From contig CM075996.1 of assembly GCA_038087875.1 (NCBI GenBank), positions 8,620,001 through 8,684,000 on the forward strand: a DNA stretch of 64,000 nucleotides, given 5' to 3'. This stretch comes from Malacoraja senta. Taxonomy: Eukaryota. The translations under genes were made by a program, and so were the position numbers. Below the pieces are notes generated by a model. The model was not told the DNA's origin. It searched no databases and was given only the letters and a program-made list of their open reading frames with translations. Positions 10,367-21,156 of the stretch are shown one piece after another. Position 1 is the stretch's first letter. Each line of letters starts with the position of its first letter.

Positions 10367-11600
10367 TGGAGTATTCAGTGTTTATTGTCCTGCTCTGAGT
10401 GGAACCTGGCGTGGGTTAACGTGTCTGAATATCTTCCACTGAATGCACTCATTGCCCAATGCTACGAAAATATAGTGCCGACTCTTTCAAGGGGAAAGGA
10501 AGAGTTATTTTCTCAACTAATTATACATCTTTTTGGGATGTTCTTCCAACACACAATAAATAATAGAAAACACAAAGTGCTGGAGTAGGTCAGACAGCAT
10601 CTCTGGAAGACATGGATCTGTGTGGCTTTGGATCAGGACCCTTCCTCAGACTTCCTGCACCCTTTCTCTTGGTCTGAACAGTCTGAAGATGGGTTCCAAC
10701 CCGAAACGTCACCCATCCCTTTTCCCCCAGTGATGCTGCCTGTCCCGCTGAGTTACTCCAGCATTTTGTGTCCATCTTCAGATGACATGAACCCTTCTTC
10801 AGACTCGTGAAGGGTCCATGAAGAAAGGGAGCAGCCGGCCTGAAACGTCACCCGTTCCTTCTCGCCAGGGATGCAATGTGAAGCGAGGAACTGCAGATGC
10901 TGGTGTAAACCGAAGGCAGACACAAAATGCTGGAGTAACTCAGCGGGACAGGCAGCATCTCTGGAGAATTGTTTCAGGTCGAGATCCTTCAAACGTCAGC
11001 CATTCCTTCTCTCCAGAGATGCTGCCTGACCTGCTGAGTTACTCCAGTTTTTTAGACAATAGACAAGATAATAGACAATAGGTGCAGGAGTAGGCCATTC
11101 GGCCCTTCGAGCCAGCACCGCCATTCAATGTGATCATGGCTGATCATCCCCAATCAATACCCCGTTCCTGCCTTCTCCCCATATCCCCTGACTCCGCTAT
11201 TTTTAAGAGCCCTATCTAGCTCTCTCTTGAAAGTATCCAGAGAACCTGCCTCCACCGCCCTCTGAGGCAGAGAATTCCACAGACTCACCACTCTCTGTGA
11301 GAAAAAGTGTTTCCTCGTCTCCGTTCTAAATGGCTTACTCCTTATTCTTAAACTGTGGCCCCTGGTTCTGGACTCCCCCAACATCGGGAACAGATGGGTT
11401 ACTCCAGCACTGAGTTGTTTTTGTTTGTAAACCAGCATCAGTTCATTGTGCCTACACAATAAATACCACAGCTGCCTCTCCGTGGCTGCAAGTTACCAGA
11501 CTTCAAACAATCGTGGAAATAATCTTCTAGGAACCCATCCCTTCTCAAATATATCCCTGAGTGTCCATGTGAACAGGCGGCACGTAGTGGACAGGCTCAC

Positions 11601-11905
11601 CTGAGGGCGATGCATTTGGTGCTGGGGGTGCTGGCCGCTTCCTGATCTTCGGGCTGCTAGCTGGCTGAATACCGTACCACGGGTGAGTTGGTTTGGGAGC
11701 GTTATCAGTCAGTTTCTCAGACACGTCGCCTGTTTCCTCATCGTCCACTTCGAAGGGGTTCAGGGAGCAGCTCTCGTCCGTCTCCCGCTGGGTGTTTCCG
11801 GGGCTTGGCCGCCTACCAGGCCTGGGCGGAGCGGGCCTCCTCTTGGGCTCAGAGTTTACCAGCAAAAGCCACGGCGGGTCCTTTGGCTTGGCGTCGCCTT
11901 TCCTG
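11601..11905 (-). CDS. MICALL1: MICALL1 exon (~8) with NPF-acidic motif; NAGNAG acceptor (11905 or 11902)
   Basis: KDPPWLLLVNSEPKRRPAP...LNPFEVDDEE...HPWYGIQPASSPKIRKRPAPPAPNASPS G|gtgagc; phase 2-1. Confidence 0.95.
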
Positions 11906-11957
11906 CTGGAAACACATCATGTATCAGGAAGCAAGACAACCGCACCTCCTCGTAAAA

Positions 11958-12320
11958 TGAAGGTAGACAAAAATGCTGGAGAAACTCAGCGGGTGAGGCA
12001 GCATCTATGGAGCAAAGGAATAGGTGACGTTTCGGGTCGAGACCCTTCTTGAAGATTGAACATTGACTTCTCCAATTTCAGGTAGTCCCTGCTTTCTCCT
12101 TCTTTCCCCTCCCCTTCCCAGCTCTCCCTCAGCCCACTATCTCCGCCTCTTCATTTCTTCTTCCCGCCCCCCCACCCCCCACCCTCACATCAGTCTGAAG
12201 AAGGGTCTCGACCCGAAACATCGCCTATTTCCTTCGCTCCATAGATGCTGCCTCACCCGCTGAGTTTCCCCAGCATTTTTGTCTACCTTCGATTGTCCAG
12301 CATCTGCAGTTCCTTCTTAA
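11958..12320. mobile_element. Penelope 3' fragment flanked by inverted pLTRs
   Basis: Inverted aaggtagacaaaaatgctgg...gacccttct arms around aacattgacttctccaatttcaggtag (end of the Penelope ORF). Confidence 0.75.
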
Positions 12321-12870
12321 ACTCCTCTTAAAATGATCTCATTTTCTTTCTGCAGACACATTTTTAATCTTAATCAAAATAATTACAAGTGTAAAGATGT
12401 GAGAAGCGACAGGATCAAGATGTGCCTTGCAACCTCGCGCGCAAGACAAAAGCACCCATGCAGGTCTTAACAATACTTGTCTGTAAACACTGGCAGTGGT
12501 ACAGTGTGACACTACACCTATCAGCATTGGTATAATAACTTTATAATGGTAAGTTTGAAGGATGAATACAGGTCGTTCACCAATTTTCCAGCACCCTCGG
12601 TTCCAGAGCCTTTCTGAATTAGGCCATTCGGCGCATCAAGTCTATGCCGCCATTCAATCATGGCTGATCTATCTCTCCCTCCTAACCCCATTCTCCTGCC
12701 TTCTCTCCACAATCTCGGACACCTGTACTAATCAAGAATCTACCTATCTCTGCCTGAAAATATATAGACCATGTAAAAAAAAAAATCCTGCCTTAACTCT
12801 ATCATTGTAGACCTAAGGAACTGCAGATGCCGGTTTATAAAAAGAGACACAAAGTGCTGGAGTAACTCAA

Positions 12871-15800
12871 GGATGGCGAGGGATTTCCAGGAGACATTGG
12901 GAATGATATAGTTATGATATCGTGGCCATTACGGAGACATGGCTGCAAGGGGATCAGGATTGGGAGTTAAATATAGAGGGGTACTCGACAATTAGAAAAG
13001 ATAGACAGGAAAGAAAGGGAGGAGGGGTGGCCCTTTTAATAAGGGAGGGAATAACGGCAATAGAGAGGAAGGATATTGCGTTGAAGGATCAGGATAGTGA
13101 AACAGCTTGGGTACAGATAGAGAATAACAAGGGGAAAAAAACACTAGTGGGTGTAATTTATAGACCTCCAAATAGCTGTGACGCTGTTAGTCAGAACATA
13201 AATCTGCAAATAGTTGACGCATGTAAAAAGGGAACTGCTGTAATCATGGGGGACTTCAATTTTCATATTAATTGGGCAAACCAAACTGGGCAGGGTAGAC
13301 TAGAGGAAGAGTTTATAGAATGTATTAGAGACGGGTTCCTAGAACAGTATGTCACAGAACCGACAAGGAGGGAGGCAATCTTGGATCTGGTCCTGTGTAA
13401 TGAAGCAGGATTAATTAAAAATGTCATAGTTAGGGACTCGTTGGGAACAAGTGACCACAATATGGTCGAATTCCATATTCAAATAGAAGGAGAGCAGGTT
13501 GAAACTCAGGCTAGGGTACTTAGTCTAAATAAAGGGGATTATGAAGGTATGAGGACTGAGCTGATCAAAGTTGACTGGGATAGCAGACTCAAGAATAAGA
13601 CGGTACATGAGCAGTGGTGTACGTTTAAGGATCTACTGTATAACCTTCAAGAAAAATTTATTCCTATGAAGAAAAAAAGGGGTAAGGGAAAGAACAGTCA
13701 GCCATGGCTCAGTAAAACTATAAAGGATAGTATTCGGCTGAAGGCAAGGGCATATAAGGTAGCTAGAGATAGTGGGAGGGTAGAGGATTGGGAAGCATTT
13801 AAAGGTCAGCAAAAAATAACTAAGAGATTAATTAAGACGGGGAAAATAGACTATGAAAGGAATTTAGCGAACAACATAAAAACTAATAGTAAGAGTTTTT
13901 ATAGCTATATAAAAAGAAAAAGGGTGGCTAAGGTGAACGTTGGTCCATTGGAGGGTGAGACTGGAGAGTTGTTGGTGGGGAACATGGAAATGGCAAAGGC
14001 ATTAAACGAGTATTTTGTATCAGTCTTCACCATAGAAGACACAAAAAATATTCCAACGCTGGATAAACAGGGGGCGGTAGGAATGGAGGAGCTAAATACT
14101 ATTAAGATCACCAAGGAGGTGGTATTAGGGAAATTAATGAGACTGAAGGAGGATAAATCCCCTGGGCCTGATGGATTACATCCAAGGGTCTTGAGGGAGA
14201 TAGCAGTGGGGATTGTGGATGCATTGGTGATAATTTTCCAAAACTCCCTGGAGGCAGGAACGGTCCCAGTGGATTGGAAAATGGCCAATGTAACACCTAT
14301 ATTTAAAAAAGGAAGTAAACAGAAGGCGGGTAACTATAGACCGGTTAGTCTAACATCGGTGGTGGGTAAAATGTTAGAGACAATTATTAAAGAAACACTA
14401 ACGGGGCACTTGGATAAACATGACTTCATCGGACAGAACCAGCATGGTTTTGTGAAGGGGAAGTCCTGTTTAACGAATCTGCTCGAATTCTTTGAGGAAG
14501 TAACAACCCGGGTGGATAAAGGGGAACCGGTGGATGTGGTATACTTGGACTTCCAAAAGGCTTTTGACAAGGTGCCACATAAGAGACTATTGCTAAAAAT
14601 AAAAAATTATGGGATTGGGGGTAATATATTAGCATGGGTAGAGGATTGGCTAACAAATAGGAAGCAGAGAGTGGGGATAAATGGTTCATACTCGGGATGG
14701 CAACCGGTAACTAGCGGGGTTCCGCAAGGGTCGGTGCTGGGACCCCAGTTGTTCACAATTTATATAAATGATTTGGAGGAGGGAACCAAGTGTAATATAT
14801 CAAAATTTGCGGACGATACAAAAATGGGAGGAAAAGTAGGGGATGAGGAGGATAGGAAGAGTCTGCAAAAGGATATAGATAAGCTAGGTGAGTGGGCAAC
14901 AACTTGGCAGATGAAATTTAATACTAATAAATGTGAAGTCATTCACTTTGGGGAAAAAAATGATAGGGCAAGTTATTTTCTAAATGAGGTGGAGCTGCGT
15001 TGTAATGCAACGCAAAGGGATCTAGGGGTAGTAGTACATGAATCACTAAAAGTTAGTATGCAGGTGCAGCAAGCAATCAGGAAGGCCAATGGAGTTTTGG
15101 CCCTTATTGCTAGGGGGATTGAGTATAAAAACACGGAGGTCTTGCTGCAGCTGTACACAGTATTAGTGAGACCACATTTGGAATACTGTGTACAGTTCTG
15201 GGGTCCATACTTAAGAAAGGATGTACTGGCCCTGGAGGCAGTGCAGCGAAGGTTTACAAGATTAATTCCTGCAATGAGGGGATTGACATATGAGGAAAGG
15301 TTAAGTAGGCTGGAACTCTACTCTTTGGAGTTTAGAAGAATGAGAGGCGATCTCATTGAAACATATAAGATCGTGAGGGGCCTTGATCGGGTGGATGCAC
15401 CGAGGATGTTCCCAATGATCGGGGAAACTAGAACTAGGGGACATAGTTGTAGAATAAGAGGGGGCTCTTTTAAAACTGAGATGAGGAAGAACTTCTTCAC
15501 CCAGAGGGTGGTTAATTTATGGAATTCACTGCCCCAGGGAGCAGTGGAAGCAGAAACATTAAATATATTTAAGTCTAAAATAGATGGTTTTTTAGCTGCC
15601 AAGGGGATAAGGGGCTACAGGGAGAGGGCAGGGATATGGACCTAGGTATGGTTAGTATAGTAAGACCTGAGTGATCTCCTGGACAAGTGTCGATCGCCTG
15701 GATTGGGGTCGGAGAGGAATTTCCCGGATTTTTTTCCCGAATTGGACCTGGGTTTTTATCCGGTTTTTTGCCTCCCCCAGGAGATCACGCGGTTCTTGGG

Positions 15801-15980
15801 GTGGAGAGGGGTGATAGCGATATAAAGGGGAGGGTAGTGTCTTGTGTTCTGTGTCTTGTGTCTACTGTTTGTGGGTAAGGGTGTCTGTTTAGTGTTCAGC
15901 CATGAGCGAATGGCGGTGCAGGCTCGATGGGCCTGGTGGTCTACTCTCGCACCTACTTTCTATGTTTCTATGTTTCTATG
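12871..15980 (+). mobile_element. CR1 LINE, slightly 5'-truncated, with long 3'UTR
   Basis: Uninterrupted ORF2 followed by a ~330-nt 3'UTR ending in (tttctatg)3. Confidence 0.95.
12922..15645 (+). CDS. CR1 ORF2: APE endonuclease plus reverse transcriptase (907 aa, lacking the extreme N-terminus)
   Basis: EN motifs ITETWL, GDFN, SDH; RT motifs NYRPVSL, DFQKAFDKV, GVPQGSVLGP, KFADD. Confidence 0.93.
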   Translation: MAITETWLQGDQDWELNIEGYSTIRKDRQERKGGGVALLIREGITAIERKDIALKDQDSETAWVQIENNKGKKTLVGVIYRPPNSCDAVSQNINLQIVDACKKGTAVIMGDFNFHINWANQTGQGRLEEEFIECIRDGFLEQYVTEPTRREAILDLVLCNEAGLIKNVIVRDSLGTSDHNMVEFHIQIEGEQVETQARVLSLNKGDYEGMRTELIKVDWDSRLKNKTVHEQWCTFKDLLYNLQEKFIPMKKKRGKGKNSQPWLSKTIKDSIRLKARAYKVARDSGRVEDWEAFKGQQKITKRLIKTGKIDYERNLANNIKTNSKSFYSYIKRKRVAKVNVGPLEGETGELLVGNMEMAKALNEYFVSVFTIEDTKNIPTLDKQGAVGMEELNTIKITKEVVLGKLMRLKEDKSPGPDGLHPRVLREIAVGIVDALVIIFQNSLEAGTVPVDWKMANVTPIFKKGSKQKAGNYRPVSLTSVVGKMLETIIKETLTGHLDKHDFIGQNQHGFVKGKSCLTNLLEFFEEVTTRVDKGEPVDVVYLDFQKAFDKVPHKRLLLKIKNYGIGGNILAWVEDWLTNRKQRVGINGSYSGWQPVTSGVPQGSVLGPQLFTIYINDLEEGTKCNISKFADDTKMGGKVGDEEDRKSLQKDIDKLGEWATTWQMKFNTNKCEVIHFGEKNDRASYFLNEVELRCNATQRDLGVVVHESLKVSMQVQQAIRKANGVLALIARGIEYKNTEVLLQLYTVLVRPHLEYCVQFWGPYLRKDVLALEAVQRRFTRLIPAMRGLTYEERLSRLELYSLEFRRMRGDLIETYKIVRGLDRVDAPRMFPMIGETRTRGHSCRIRGGSFKTEMRKNFFTQRVVNLWNSLPQGAVEAETLNIFKSKIDGFLAAKGIRGYRERAGIWT

Positions 15981-16164
15981 AGTCCAGAGGTTCTCAAAGC
16001 CTCCTTGAAGAAAGTAGCATCCTTCTTGATCAATGGGTGTCCTTGGCAGTTCAAATTGGAGGGGTAGCATCTCAGATGTCAGAGAATGTTCTCTTCAAGG
16101 AGGCTTGAGCACACAGAAGCTCAGTAACATTCAAAGCAACACACCACCCTTCCACTACCCCTGG

Positions 16165-16770
16165 CAAGCACCTCCCCTGTTCACATGTTCCTCCTCTAAC
16201 CTCACCTACTGCACCCAGTGTTCCCGATGTGCGCTCCTGTACACAGGCAAGACCAAATGAAGACTTGGCAACCATTGTGCTGCACACTTGCGCTCGGTCC
16301 ACCTAGGCCTTTGGGATCGCCCGGTTGCTAAACCATTTCAACTCCCCTTCCCATTCTCCTATTGACCTTTCTGTCCTGGGCCTCCTCCACTGCCAGAGTG
16401 AAGCCACACGCAAACTGGAGATACAGCACCTCATATTTCGCTTGGATAGCTTACAAACCCAGTGGTATGAATTCTCTAAAATTAAGTAACTTCATCTCAT
16501 ACTCTCCTCCGCCCTGCCCCTTCCTCCTCCCCAGTTGTTTTACCAGTTCCACAGTTGTCCACATTGTTTCTCTTGCGATCAACCTGCCTGAGGTCATTTA
16601 TGGCTGGCCCTGATCTTTTCTTACCTCCAGCTCTTCACCCCCCCCCCCCCACCCCCTACTTTCAGTCTGAAGGTCCCAACCCGAGACGTCACAAATCCTT
16701 TTCCGCCAGAGATGCTGCCTGTTGCTCCAGCACTTTGTGTCTATCTTTGGTATAAACCAGCATCTGTGTT
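16165..16770 (+). mobile_element. Degenerate Penelope fragment (GIY-YIG end plus pLTR)
   Basis: FTCSSSNLTYCTQCSRCALLYTGKTK is homologous to the GIY-YIG fragment at 58895. Confidence 0.8.
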
Positions 16771-17743
16771 TCTTACCTCCCTGCCCCACCTGTGGCCGAC
16801 TATGGTGACCCCACAATGGCCTAATTAGCCGCACAGACACCAACAGAACTGGAATGGATGCAACTCACCATGGTTTGCACGTGACAAAAGCTTTTCACTG
16901 TACCCCGGTAAACTAATTAACTAAACTCAAACTCATCCTTGAGACTGAGGGGCCGTCTCAGAAAGAGAAAATTATCTGTTTGACAATGTTGGGAAATGTG
17001 TCAAAGGAAATTTGCTTCCCCTCTCAGGATAAGGCCACTAATAGAGTGAGTGATAGAGTCAAACAGTCTGTTGGGCCCAACTTGCCCACACCGACAACAT
17101 GTCCCATCTACACTAGTCTCACTTGCCTGTGTTTAGCCCATTTTCCTCAAAAACTGTCGTCCATGTAGCTGTCTAATTTAATCAGAGGTTCTACAGGATT
17201 CTGCTCGAAGACAACGAAGGCTGCAAATAGCTGGTGGGTGCCAGCAGTTCAGCCATTTCCTAGCTGTCCTCAATGGAGTTCAGCAGCAAAGCTGACCGAC
17301 TGAGGTGCCCGACTATACCCTGGAGAATTTGTACTCAGATTCTGAGGTAGAAAAGCAAGATTTTTAAAAATGGTGTGTGTTTCGTTTAACAGTCAATTGT
17401 TCATGTTTTTAAGTATTTAATTTTTAATGGTTTTCAAATGTTTCAATAATCTTTTACAATTGGCAAAGCTGGAGTTGGGGCTTCCTTGAAGAGTTTAAAT
17501 CGGCAGTGAATACTCTGGTCAAAAGAGACAAACAGATGGAGTAACTCAGCGGGTCAGGCAGCATCGCTGGACAACATGGATAGGTGGCGTTTCAGGTCGG
17601 GATCTTTCTTCAGAACCTGCTTGGTCCTGACGCAAAATGCCACCTATCCATGTTCTCCGTCGATGCTGCCTGACTCGCAGAGTTACTCCAGCACTTTGTG
17701 TCTATCTTTGTAAACCAGCATCTGCAGTTGTTTGTATCTACAA

Positions 17744-18063
17744 GGGCGGCACAGTGGCGCAGCTGGTAGAGCTGCTGCCTCACAGCGCCAGGGAAGCGAG
17801 CTCGATCCTGATCTCGAGTGCAGTGTGTGTGGAGTTTGCACGTTCTCCCTGTGACTGCATAGATGTCCTCCGGGTGCTCCCGTTTCCTCCCACATCCCCA
17901 AAATGTGCAGGTTTGTGGGTTAATTGACATCTGTAAATTGCCCCTCGTATGTAGGGAGTGGGTGTGAAAGTGGGTTAACATAGAACTAGTGTGATCGATG
18001 GTCAGAATGGACTCGGTGGGCCGAAGGGCATGTTTCCATGCTGCATCTCTAAACTAAATTAAA
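17744..18063 (+). mobile_element. Full-length V-domain tRNA SINE
   Basis: gggcggcacagtggcgcagctggtagag head, V-domain core, tail ctctaaactaaa. Confidence 0.85.
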
Positions 18064-18174
18064 GTACCTCTTATTCTGGTTAATCCATGTCACTTTGTTA
18101 TGTACTGTAATAAAAAATGAACTGAAATTGCTGGCGTATACCAAAGATAGACCCAAAATACTGGAGTAACTGTT

Positions 18175-18513
18175 AATATTAATAATAATGGATGGGATTT
18201 ATATAGCGCCTTTCTAATACTCAAGGCGCTTTGCTTTACATTATTCATTCACTCCTCAGTCACACTCGGTGGTGGTGAGCTACTTCTGTAGCCACAGCTG
18301 CCCTGGGGCAGACTGACGGAAGCGTGGCTGCTAATCTGCGCCTACGGCCCCTCCGACCACCACCAATCACTCACACACATTCACACACAGACAGAGGTGG
18401 GTGAAGTGTCTTGCCCAAGGACACAACGACAGTATGCACTCCAAGCGGGATTCGAACCGGCTACCTTCCGGTTGCCAGCCGAACACTTAGCCCATTGCGC
18501 CATCTGTCGTCCC
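18175..18513 (-). mobile_element. Full-length tRNA-derived CORE-type SINE (AFC-like) with 7-bp TSD
   Basis: Minus strand: A-box tggcgcaatgg, B-box ggttcgaatcc, CORE gtgtccttgggcaagacact, L2-like tail ggcgctatataaat...(att)n. TSD aactgtt at 18168-18174 and 18514-18520. Confidence 0.85.
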
Positions 18514-18973
18514 AACTGTTGGGATAGTCCCTGCTTCAATTACCTCCTCTGGCAGCTTGTTCCATACACCCACCACCCTTTGTGTGAAAAAAGTTACCCC
18601 TCAGATTCCTATTAAATCTTTCCCCCTTCACCTTAAACCTATGTCCTCTGGTGCTCGATTCGCCTACTCTGGGCAAGAGACTGTGCTTCTAATAGATACA
18701 TGGTCTGTGTCCATCACTATTACATGGTCTGTTACCCTGCTGCCAGACAGGACCTCAGAACATGAGGTAGACACAGGGTAATGGAAAGTGCAGCAGCAAG
18801 TTCAGTGAAGGATCAGTGTCAGTAAAATCCCGGACAGCAGTGTTGAAGTAGCACCATGACGACAGCTATGGTATTGCTGCAGTAAGCATCTACTAGCAGC
18901 AGGTGGCAGTACGGGCACAAGTCTCATCCAGTGAGCGTGGACAGATGCATCAGTCCTGGGCTCAGGACAGTTA

Positions 18974-19167
18974 AGGGCCTGTCCCACTTTCAAGACCTAA
19001 TTCACGACCTCTGCCGAGTTTGCCCTTGACTCATACTCGCAGCATGGTCGTCACGAGGTCGTAGGTACTCGTGGCATCAAGTTGGTCGGGGCGTTTTTCT
19101 AGTCTGATGAAAAATGTCCACGAGTAAAAAAGGTCGTGAATTAGGTCGTAAAAGTGGGACAGGCCCT
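18974..19167. mobile_element. PIF/Harbinger-like MITE
   Basis: TIR agggcctgtcccactt; TSD TTA on both sides. Confidence 0.8.
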
Positions 19168-19644
19168 TTATAAAGCAAGTGATATTGCAAGGATCATTGG
19201 AAGGGACCTGTAAATCCAGATCGCATTGCTTAAATATAGTTAGATAATTGGAAAAATGATTAAAAGCATTGTAAAAAATTATACAAAGTCATCAACACTT
19301 AAAAGTCAAGTCTGAAGAAGGGCCTTGACCCGAACCATCACCGACCCATGTTCTGCAGTGATGCTGCCTGACCTGCAGTGTTACTCCAGCATTTTGTTTC
19401 TTTCTTTACTTAAAAGGCAAGACTGATTAGACTTGACGCAAATTTAATCGTTCAGCATTTGCCTCTGTTACCTCCCTTTCTCGGTACTTAAGAGATTTCC
19501 TTTTAATCTCTAAAGTTAGTGAGGAAATTGAGAGACTGGAGGCCAAAAAAGGTCAGAACAAATCCTCATGAAGGATGGAACCCATAATGGCCCTTCATTG
19601 CCTGGGGAAGGTGTGATAACGAAAGGAATACAAGGATGCGACCG

Positions 19645-20297
19645 TAGAAACATACTGTAGAAAATAGGTGCAGGAGTAGGCCATTCAGCCCTTCGAGCCC
19701 TTCAATATGACCATCCAAAATCAGTATCCCGTTCCTGCTTTCTCCCCATATCCCTTGATTCCGGCACCCCTAAGAGCTATATCTAACTCTCTCTTGAAAA
19801 CATCCAGTGAATTGGCCTCCACTGCCTTCTGTGGCAGAGAATTCCACAGATTCACAACTCACTGGGTGAATTTTTTTCCCTCATCTCAGTCCTAAATGGC
19901 CTACCCCATTTTCTTACACTGTGATCCCTGGTTCTGGACTCCCCCAGCATGGGGAACATTTTTCCTGCATCTACCCTGTCCAATCCCTTAAGAATGTTAT
20001 ATGTTTCTATAAGATCCCCTCATAGCCTTCTAAATTCCAGTGAATATAAGCCCAGTCGATTCATTCTTTCATCACATGTCAGTCCCGCCATCCCGGGAAT
20101 TAACCTGGTGAACCTACGCTGCACTCCCTCAATAGTAAGAATGTCCTTCCTCAAATTAGGAGACCAAAACTGCACACAATACTCCAGGTGTGGTCTCACC
20201 AGGGCCCTGCACAACTGCTGTAGGACCTCCTTGCTCCTATATTCAAATCCTCTCACAATTAAGGTCAACATGCTATTTGCTTTCTGCACTGCCTGCA
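19645..20297 (-). mobile_element. CR1 LINE 3' fragment
   Basis: LVRPHLEYCVQFWSPNLRKDIL in a minus-strand ORF; CR1 tail. Confidence 0.88.
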
Positions 20298-21019
20298 GTG
20301 GAACTGGTAGGACGACTAGGGTGGAGTAAGCGGGGTTTCTATAAGGGTGCATTTGACAGCCCCGCTGAAGTTTGAGGTGGTTAGTCAGCGAGAGTTTAAA
20401 GGTCATTTGGGTTGTCAATGTATACTTGTACTGGAGAAGCTTAATGACGTGAAGCCAAACAGTGAGCCAATTCACCTGGGGGGGGGGGAGGCGGCTGTGA
20501 GATGATCGTGAGGCAAGGACAGATTCTAATGTTAACCTGCTGGGACAATGTGAGTCAGCTTGTGAGCACGGTGTGCCAACACCAGCCGCCATCCTGTGAA
20601 GTCTGCAGGAGCCGCAGCACTGTTGGAGCCTGGGATTATCAGTCAGTGGTGCTTGGGATGTGCAGCTTCAGGCTGGAGATCCTCACACCCCAGTGTTGCT
20701 TCACAGCGGGAAGACCTCTACTCGCTGGAGGTTAGAAGAATGAGGGGGGCGACATTGAAACTTACCGAATAGTGAAAGGCTTGGATAGAGTGGATGTGGC
20801 GAGGATGTTTCCACTAGTGGGACAGTCCAGGACGAGAGGTCATAGCCTCAGAATTAAAGGGTGTTCCTTTAGGAAGGAGATGAGGAGAAATGTCTTGAGC
20901 CAGCGGGTGGTGAATCTGTGGAATTCTTTGCCGCAGAAGGTTGTGGAGGCCAAGCCAATGGATATTTTTAAGGCAGTGATAGATAGATTCTTGATAAGTA
21001 CGGGTGTCAGGGTTATGGG

Positions 21020-21073
21020 GGGGTGCAAGATTGCAACCTTCACGTGGTCCGCCCTGTTTCCACTAATGCAATC
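21020..21073 (+). ncRNA. Putative minimal HDV/CPEB3-like ribozyme, copy 2
   Basis: P1 GGGGUG(C)/(C)CGCCCU; P2 GAUUGCA/UGCAAUC; P3 ACC/GGU; L3 UUCACGU; J4/2 CUAA. Confidence 0.68.
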
Positions 21074-21156
21074 AACTCGACGTGCACAAACGGAAGATCA
21101 AATAGAACAAGTTGCCCAACAACTTTAGGCTGTGCACGCCACACGAAAGAAGAAGA
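21020..21156 (+). mobile_element. ~135-nt SINE-like element with (GAA)n tail, copy 2, 11-12 bp TSD
   Basis: TSD agggttatggg at 21009-21019 and 21157-21167, inside a CR1 tail. Confidence 0.88.

Noticed and set aside
17744..17820. tRNA gene
   Set aside because: It is the tRNA-like head of a SINE, continuous with the V-domain body; the same holds for the other copies.
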